Part shown: one piece after another, positions 51,050 to 64,000 of the stretch
How the letters are laid out: each line of letters begins with the position of its first letter
How positions within the stretch are numbered: the stretch's first letter is position 1
Assembly: GCA_964016885.1 (NCBI GenBank)
Contig: CAXHJY010001630.1
Coordinates: 1-64,000 of the forward strand
DNA from: Eledone cirrhosa
Taxonomy: Eukaryota
Direction: 5' to 3'
DNA length: 64,000 bases
Translations under genes and position numbers: made by a program
Notes under the pieces: generated by a model
What the model was told of the DNA's origin: nothing
Databases searched by the model: none
Seen by the model: only the letters and a program-made list of their open reading frames with translations

Positions 51050-52213
51050 TGAGGATGGGCTGAAAAGTTCATAAGCTGGCTATGAAGGAGGGATGCTAGA
51101 GCTGTGAAATCTTGCATGCATTAATTTCAACTCTTCTTTTTAACTGCATTGTTTCTTTCCAGGTAAACTGACATCTGACTGGTCAAAGAAGACTTCAAAT
51201 GTAACTAGTGGCAAATTCTGTTAAAAATGGACAAAATTTGGCATTGAGGTGTTATCAAGTACCTGCTGAAAAAAGGTTTAGCCCTCAAGGACATTCACGT
51301 TGACATGGTTGCTACATTAGGGGATGATGATCCAGCTTTATCAAAGTACAAAAGTGGGCAGCTGAATTTAGAAGGTGAAGGGAGAGTCTTGGAGGTTTGA
51401 ACATGCTGCTACTGCCACCACCAGGGAAAACATTGACCATGTTCACCACATGGTGATGGATGATAGGCAACTGACTATAAACCAAATAGTCAATGCTATT
51501 AGCATATTCCATGAGAGAGTCGAGAATATTCCGCACAATGAACTTGGCATGATGAAGATTTCTACTTGGTGGTTGCTACGTCTTCTCACACCTGATCACA
51601 TCGTAAGAAAATCTAACATTGTTTGAACATTTCCTAACCTAGGATGAGTGTTGGGTTCATCACTTTGACCCATAGAGAAAGAGACAATCCATGCTGTGGA
51701 AACACCCCTCCTCACCTGCACGTAAGGTGATGGCTTCAGTCTTTTAGGATGCAAAAGGCATTGTGTTTGTTCAAAAAAGCCACACCATCAATGGAGAGTA
51801 CTATGCCAATTTGCTGAAGCAGTTATGAAAGGCTTTCAAGACCAAACATCCTGGAAAACTGACAAAAAGTGTCATGTTTCACCAGGACAATGTTCCAGCA
51901 CACAAGTCCTTGGTTTGAATGGCTGCTGTGAGTGACTGTGGCTTTGAACTGGTTGATCACCGTCCCTATTCTCCTGATTTGGCCCTATCTGACTTTCATC
52001 TGTTCCCCACCATGAAAAAATACTTGACTGGGAAACAGTATCGCAGTGATAGCGTCATATCTGCTGTTGATGACTTTTTTACTAACAAGCTGAAAACTCC
52101 TTCACCAATGAGATCCAAGCACTGCAACACCAATGGAAGAAGTGTGTGGACTATGTTGAAAAATAAACTTCATGAAAGTATCTTGGTCAGCCTAACTTTT
52201 CAGTCAACCTTCG
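51050..52213 (+). mobile_element. Full-length decayed mariner transposon
   Basis: TA target sites; inverted ends tgaggatgggctgaaaagtt and aacttttcagtcaaccttcg; transposase remnants from ATG ~51227 (MDKI.., DECWVH, FHQDN, YSPDLA) with stops and frameshifts. Confidence 0.9.
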
Positions 52214-53166
52214 TATATAAATTTATTTACAATTCATCAGGTTTGCTTCTGCTTATATGTTTTGTTATTGTTACTATTGACATTATTGATGTTGCTATTT
52301 TCATTCAGTATCATTTCCTTTGTCTTTCTGTTATTTCCATAGGCAAAGGTGGAGGTTGGCTGTACCGGTAGAGTGTCAGACAATATACTTCATGACATAT
52401 AGTTACATTCTGAGTTTAAATCCCACTAAGGTTAGCTTTGCCTTTCATCTTTATGGGGTTGATAAAATAAAATACCAGTAACACACTGTGGCTAATTGAA
52501 ATGACTTTCTCCTTCCCTTTAAATTGCTGGCCTTGTGCCAAAAGTAGAAACAATTATTTCTACAGGAAACTTTATTACAAGTTTCTTCGGTTAACATTTT
52601 TGTATGTTTTTTTTTGTAATTCATTTTTTTTTTTTTAGCTTATTTTGAGAAGAAAATTTAGTAAAGTCAAGATTTCAAGGAACATATTTCAGGATATTTT
52701 TCTCTAAATCTGAGGGTGCACCGTTAAAAAATAGGGAGCCGGTGTCCCCTTCATTGGTGACACACCTGTTGATAAGGGTGCTTAGAAAACAAGGCACTGA
52801 AACCCTTTTGGTATCAAACTGTCTGAAATAGCCCCTAGTTTTACATTCAAAGCTGTTTATTTTAAAAGGTTTATATTTATCTAAAAACCTCCCATCACAG
52901 TTTTACAAAGAACCATTTTAAAATTATATTTTAAACACCAGCATAACAATGAGAAAGTTAGTTATATAATTAAATCCCTCCAAATTCCCAATAATTTTCA
53001 AAATTATTAAAGGCAGAAAATGGTAACAAAAATGATTAAACTAATTTGTCATATTTAGATAGATACTTTTGTAAAATACAGACTTCTCATTACCTTCATC
53101 GTTGTCAATAAAACATCTACATGATTAATAGGTTAATATATATTATTGGTGAATAATGAAACCAAC

Positions 53167-53284
53167 CTTTGTTTCTTTTGAAGAACCAAGAAAAAAATCC
53201 AGTTGATGGTTTTACATCAGAGATAAGTGGGCCAAATTCTGTTAATTCTGAAGTTGTACTTTCCCAGTGTTTTTTGTTTGCCAT
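53167..53284 (-). CDS. PIKFYVE: PIKfyve/Fab1 first coding exon (MANKKHWESTTSELTEFGPLISDVKPSTGFFSWFFKRNK)
   Basis: ATG at 53284; acceptor CAG at 53316-53318 (exon starts 53315); GT donor after 53167, phase 1. LTEFGPL...FFKRNK resembles the conserved PIKfyve N-terminal motif. Confidence 0.8.
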
Positions 53285-53403
53285 GTGCAAAATATGGCAT
53301 CACTTTCTGTGGATTCTGGCAAATAAAACATTAAAAGTATATAAACAGCATACGCACAGTAATAGAATTACATTAAACACATGCACACACATGCACACGC
53401 ACG

Positions 53404-53496
<93 letters not shown>

Positions 53497-55164
53497 CCAA
53501 TCCAGGGCCTTTTCACTCCTGCTGGAGGAACTCCCTTCCTGGTTTACCTCCACCACTTTCTGTTTGGTTTTGGTCATATCAGAGGTGTAGCCATACTCAC
53601 CATGCTTGGCCAATTACAGGTTGGTGAGGCTATTTAACCCATAGTTGGGGCGGATGGCCTGTGATTGAGTTCATCTGCCCTTTTAACAGCTCTTGTTTTT
53701 TAGGCTACTGGGGACCATTTACCCTCCTCACCAGACCAGGGTCTGATGGGGGAGCCAGTTTAGTCACCAACCAATAGTATCAGTAGGAGGCAGAAGCTTG
53801 ACACAGTCATCTGATCTGATTTGTCTCACAAGGGAACAACTCATCTAACCCATGCTAGTGTGGACATCAAACGGTGATGATGATATATATATATATTAGA
53901 ATATGTATGTAAAATACCATAGTATTTGAAACATTCAAACATTTACTGGATGAACATTCATTACTGGTGGGTAGAGCATAGAAATTCATTTTTTCAGTAG
54001 AAGAGTGGCAGTGACTTCGAAGTTTCAGCTTGTCCACTTATTGTGATTATTATTATATAGGACGGTGGATTGGCAGTATCAGTAGAGTGTCAGACACCAT
54101 GCTTTGCAACATAGAGTTATGGCTCTTCACGCTCTGAGTTCAAATCCCGCCTAGGTTAATTTTACCCTTCGTCCTTACGGAGTTGATAAAATAAAGTACC
54201 AGTAATACACTGGAGTGATTTATTCGACTTTCCTCTCCCCCATAATTGTTGGCCTTGTACCTAAGTCAGAAACTATTATATAAGATTGTGGATTGGCAGA
54301 ATTAGCAATGTACCATCAGTGTTCAAATCCACCAAAGTCAACTTTACCTTTCATCGTTCCGGTGTCAATAAAATGAAGTACCAGAAATGAATTGGGAGTC
54401 AACATAATCAATTTCCCCTCCTCCTACATTGCTAGCGTTGTGTCTAAATTAGATCCACTGTCTTAATAAGGACAGTGAATCTTTACTTTCTTCAGTTCAA
54501 ATCCCTTTCATGCTTCTGAGGTCAATAAAATAAAGTACCAGTCAAATACAGAGGTCGATGTAATCGATTTTTCCTTTACACAAAATTTACGACCTTATGT
54601 CAATGTAAGAAAGAAATATTTAGTGTCAAATATAAAATTTTACACCCACCTCACTTTTTTTTAGGTCTTGTGTATTTTTATGTTATTTTTGAAATTATCC
54701 AAACAATACGAAGAATCCAACAACTAAGCCACAATTTGATTTATTGTTTATTATAAGTCAGAGAAATATACTGTTTGTAGCAGGAAAGTATGTTATCAAT
54801 GTTGCCAAAACTAAAATGTTGGTATAATAAATAACTTGAAAGATAATATCTATCTTAATTAATCAGCAAACAACTCTTTTCTTTTCTCCACCCCTAACCC
54901 CAAATATTTTCTGTCTTAATGTTTTTAACACACATACAACTGCCTTTGATGCCATTAAAAAGTTCTCATTTTAAAGTATTTATATTTAAATTAAACTATT
55001 CCATTAAATCTTATCAAGGAACCATTAAGTCAGCCAGATTGTATCTTAGTTCAATCGATAACCATTTGTTTGCTACAGTAAGAAAAGATAAAACTAAAGA
55101 GGTACAAGTGAGACTGAGTAAGTGAAAGTGAGGTGAGAAGAATATATGATGTATGAACGAGTAT

Positions 55165-55575
55165 CTTCCACCTCTAGATCCAAGCCAATAGGAAGGAGAA
55201 TACATTGCCCTGGAGGACGGTAAGGGAGACACGCTGGAACAGCCACTCCACCTCATGGGGCTCGCACCTGCGGGCAGCCAACTCCGCTCCGATAGCAGTG
55301 AAGAGGGATGTGGTCTGGGGGCCTAGAATGCTGGAAGTCTCCACTGCTACAGGCTCTACCATAAACCTATTAGAGAGTGGCTGATACTTGGACAGTTTGC
55401 CCCCTTCAGCCTTGTGGGCAGCAGAGCCTGGTCTGGTAACCAAACGCACCAGGTTGCCACTAGAGAAGGTGCCACAACATGTAGCATCCAAGATGAGGGG
55501 CTACCCCTGAGAATGGGGAAATTGTCATGCTGTCTGGTCTTTTGCCATCCCCTCAGTCCAGCCCAGTTTCATAAT
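55165..55575 (-). mobile_element. CRE-like LINE C-terminal (restriction-like endonuclease) fragment
   Basis: RPD...DATC...AA..AE..K..KY...PVAVET...LFQRVS...QGN. Confidence 0.7.
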
Positions 55576-57577
55576 AATGATAAAGTTATTTTAATAAACC
55601 TTCACAAATTTATGATTATTTCTTTATAATTAATTGAAACTTATATAGACAATGTATTTCATTACAATTGTCATCATAAAAGGTCCAAGTAATTTTACCA
55701 AATATTTCAAACCTTCCCTAAGAAAATCTGTCCAAAGACTTTACTGAAACCAGCATGTTTAATTAAAAGGTGCTGTATTATTGCCAATCAAGGCATTATA
55801 AATGATACAATAAACCTCTGATCAATGTTACAACCTGGTCATGAAAATAATGTAAGTAACCGAGCATTCAATGGACACATGACAAGGCTGGACCTTTGAA
55901 TTACAACTAATCTGAAGTCAGCAAAAGAAGAACTGTTTATCAAAATTTATAAATTTTAAGAAATTAATTTAATAGTAAATTGTTACTTTTTAAATGACAT
56001 TGATAACACTGAATCCTAATATAAAGATCGAAATAAAATGAGAACAGAAAATATTTGTGAAGCTTTTAGCCAAAGGTTAATAGCTATGTTAACTAGTTAT
56101 ATATGTCAAAAATAGAAGGGACATTTGAAACCAGGACAATTCTCTCAGGAGTTTGCTTTTTAATGTCTCAAAAACACTTCATTGTACTAAAATTGTTAAT
56201 AATAGACAAAATGACATCACTGTAATTAAATAGTAATAAATGACCCATCATCTAAATAAGGTTGACAGCTGTCATGTTAATGGCTTAATTACTTGACAAG
56301 CTCATATCTAAATAAATATAAGATAAAATTGGTACACCAGCAATCCTGTACTTCATTGAAAGTTGCACTAATAACAATTACATCCCATTACAACAGATCT
56401 ATATGATAATCAGAAACTTCAAATTAGCTTTTCTGTAAAATAGACTTCCTTATCTTTTTAACTAGCTTTAATTAATTTTAGAATGGCTAGAAAACTATTG
56501 CTTTAATTCTAATAACCCCATGACTACATTATTGTCAAACAAAATTCTGAAGCAATAGGAACATGTATTTATAAACAAGACAGACAAACATTTTCTAAAG
56601 CATTCATATGTAGCGAATTGATGTATTCTTTGCAGGATGAATGATAAAAAGAATGATGCAAGAATTGTGATGTTGACGTTTATTTTATGATAAAATTCAC
56701 TTGTTGGAACATCGAATACTGAATAATAAAATCGTGACAGTAATTATCAATACATTAATTTCTTACTAGCTACTTCGAACTAGCGTGAATTCATGTATCA
56801 AATAAAACAACACAGTAGAAGTTGTGTTGTATTTTACAGTAGTAGAGAAATGGCAAGGAAGACTAAAGGATAGATAAGTGTAGAAGGGAACAATATAAGG
56901 AAACCTACTGTGTGTGTGCGTGTGTTTCTCCATAGCATACGTTGTTCCTGTAGTTGGTCATTTGGTCGAGCTTGGTAGTTGTGAGAGAATTGTAGGCAGA
57001 AGACTGTATTCATGAAGAGGAACTCATATATACACATATACACTTACATACATATATATATAGATACATACATATATACATACATATATAGTATATATAC
57101 ATATATATATAGATACATATATACATACATATATATGTATATGTACATATATATATATAGATATATACATATATACATAGATATATACATATATACATAC
57201 ATATATATGTATATATACATATATATAGAGATACATACATATATATGTATTTGGATTTAATGCTCTGAAATAGCGATATATATGTGAAGACAAACATAGA
57301 ATATTCGAAAATTGTAATACGTGACGTATTCTATTCTATAGCGATTAGGTCTTCAAAATGTTTATTATAAACATACAGAATATTTTCGAATATTCTATGT
57401 TTGTCTTCACATATATATGTATATATTCATATATATAAAGATACATACATATATACATACATATATTCATATATATAAAGATACATACATATATATATAG
57501 ATACATACATATATATGTATATATACATATATATATATAGATACATATATATAGAGAGAGAGATACATACATATACT

Positions 57578-58220
57578 GTAAATGAGGTTGGTGTTAGGAA
57601 GGGCATCCAGCTGTAGAAATCAAGCCAGAATCAATTCCTGTATGAGCAAGACATGGAGAGCCGACCGGCTACTGCCCACAACAGGACAACCTGTCTAACC
57701 CATACTAGCGTGGAAGAACGGACGTAAAACAGTGATGATGATAATGATATATATATATATATATACACACATATATACATACATATATATATATACATAC
57801 ATATATATATAAAGCCGACCTTACCCAATTACACCTCTCAAAGACAATGACACACGACCGTGACTTCTGGCGTCACGCAGTAATACAGAGTACCCGACCT
57901 CCCATGGGTACAAGCTGAAGCATATAAACAATATGCCCCCACACCCCCCACCGCAAGGTGGTCGTGGAGGTGCCACGGCAAAAAAGCACCCAGCCCACAC
58001 TGTAAAGTGGACGTGTAGGCGCCACGAAAAAGCACCCAGCACTCACTGTAAATGAGGTTGGTGTTAGGAAGGGCATCCAGCTGTAGAAATCAAGCCAGAT
58101 CAGTTCCTGCATGAGCAAGGCATGGTCAGCCGACCAGACACTGCACACAACAGGACAACCCGTCTAACCCATGCTAGCGTGGAAGAACGGACGTAAAACG
58201 GTGATGATGATGATGATGAT
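57578..58220 (+). mobile_element. Two short RTE 3'-end copies within (TA)n tracts
   Basis: 57578-57745 and 57811-58220 match 13525-13930 and end in (TGA)n. Confidence 0.88.
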
Positions 58221-58481
58221 ATATACACACGTATAAACATACATATATATATATATACACATATATATATATATACACACACACATATATATATATACAC
58301 ACATATATACATACATAGTATTAAGTATACTATTTATGGTTATGCAAATACAAAAACCTTTTGTAGTTATATATATTTTTATAAACCCTACATAGTGGTA
58401 GGCAGTAATATATTACTACCTTATTACCAGTAAGTTAAATAGCTCAATGTAATAACATCAAATGATTTACAGAACAGTTAT

Positions 58482-59274
58482 ATGAATTATAAGAATCAAA
58501 GATACAATCAAAAATACAGGTTAAAATACAACATGAAATTAAGCGGTTATAGAGTGCAATAGTTATACGTGTGGCAAGCACGTGCGTCTTGTTTATATAG
58601 TGTGGCAGAGAGTTACGTGTAATAGAAGCACTTAAGCAGGTAATCAAGAGTGTTAAGGGGGTTGATCTGGTAATGAATTCTTTATATGATTGTTATAGCC
58701 TGTGCGTGGAGAAATAATATAAGCATTAAAAATAATGTAAGCATTAAAAATATTGGAAATGCATAGCGAAGCGATGATATGGATTTCATGCACTGCGACA
58801 TTTTCATATTCCGGGGAGCGTATTTTTCAGATTATATGCCCCTCACATAGTCCACGACGATTCAAAATTGGGCGTTTGACAATCCTGTTAGAGAATCGTA
58901 GTCTGATGTTCTTTAGCTCAATACAGTAGGTTGTTACGTTGCGAGAATCGACATGGAAAATTTTCCATGTGCTTGCCACACGTATAACTATTGCACTCTA
59001 TAACCGCTTAATTTCATGTCGTATTTAAACCTGTATTTTTGATTGTATCTTTTAATATGAATGTAATCTCTAAATGTGTACTGCCACACTAAATGCTGTA
59101 ATGAATGTTGACCACAATATTTGCATATGTATCTGTATGTCTCTTGGGTGAAAAGGAGGTCATATAACTGTTCATTCAATAATAAATTGCTCCGAAGAAT
59201 CCAAACCTCGGTTTGGAGGAAACAGTTGTAAGCATAAAAATGTTTTGAACAGTTCTTTGATTCTTATAATTCAT
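58482..59274. mobile_element. MITE/foldback with long terminal inverted repeats, TA-flanked
   Basis: 58482-58501 pairs with 59255-59274; ~58498-58580 pairs with ~58969-59051. Confidence 0.7.
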
Positions 59275-59436
59275 ATACATACATATATATATATATACAT
59301 ATATATATACACACATATATACATATATACACACATATATACATATATACACACATATATACATACATACACACATATATACATATATACACACATATAT
59401 ACATATATACACACATATATACATACATATATATAT

Positions 59437-59481
<45 letters not shown>

Positions 59482-59482
59482 T

Positions 59483-59690
59483 AGTGGCTGCCAACTCGTT
59501 TTCGAGTACGGCCACTACTTTATATCCATGTAGGAGATCCCCTACCGATGTGCTGAACGAGTGTGACTTTTTAGCCCAGCCAGTGACTTGAAAACTCTGG
59601 TACAAACACTGCACCTGTGACAATTATTGACACATAGTGCTGGGCCCATGGTACCATGTGACGACAAGTGTAGAGAGATCAGAGATCTCC
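59483..59690 (-). mobile_element. LINE 3' end with a C2H2 finger (RTE-like)
   Basis: [22 protein letters not shown] then stop and a short 3' UTR abutting (TA)n. Confidence 0.55.
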
Positions 59691-60097
59691 AGATATAAAG
59701 CAATGCCTGTGCCGTGAAGCTTTTATAGTGAGCAAAGGCACTGCACAAGGCCAGTCCCACTCTCTTAACCAAGATGATATTTACCAAAAAGAAGAACAAG
59801 TCAACATCATTGGATACCATCAGGGTTGCAGGTGTTATATCAGAGTTTTTCTTCTCCTAGAAGTCTGCCTTGACAAAGGCTAAGGGGTCATCTCTCCCAG
59901 TGATTTTGGATGGCCATTGACTCTTAAGAGCTCCTTTGCCCTTTGACAGGTTTTGTTTTTAGTCCTGCAGGATGTCCAAAGTCACCCTCCTCACCAGGAA
60001 ACATTGGTGGGGGTGCAGTTTAGGCGCCAACGACCCGACCATGAGACAGGTTGTACTGGGATACATGTTACCAGTAGCACCAACTAGTGACCTGACG

Positions 60098-64000
<3,903 letters not shown>

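Noticed and set aside
51919-52371. SETMAR-like host fusion gene
   Set aside because: Bounded by mariner inverted repeats, with many stops and frameshifts and no SET domain or splice link.

Overview
AT-rich, microsatellite-rich eukaryotic DNA; the repeat families resemble those of octopus/coleoid cephalopods (inference). The minus strand carries the 5' part of a PIKfyve/Fab1 gene: 14 phase-consistent GT-AG coding exons from ATG 53284 down to 3965 (2016 nt, 672 codons; FYVE, DEP, start of the CCT/chaperonin-like domain), continuing beyond position 1. Introns hold many transposable elements: RTE LINEs with a PHD-type finger inside the RT, CR1, R4/Dong-like and CRE-like fragments, a mariner, piggyBac-type MITEs, tRNA-derived SINEs and a probable Helitron. 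One 13.8-kb intron holds a nested stack: a (TA)n-centred palindrome, a ~650-bp foldback element, a Ty3/gypsy element (ATTC target duplication) and an RTE inside its integrase. The gypsy has an aberrant 3' LTR that carries a second primer-binding site, and a frame-shifting 42/43-nt minisatellite in gag. There is also a 43-bp satellite, a composite (GT)n minisatellite and a ~3.9-kb (TA)n-type tract. I see no clearly new host system; the best leads are TE architecture and effects on PIKfyve RNA processing.
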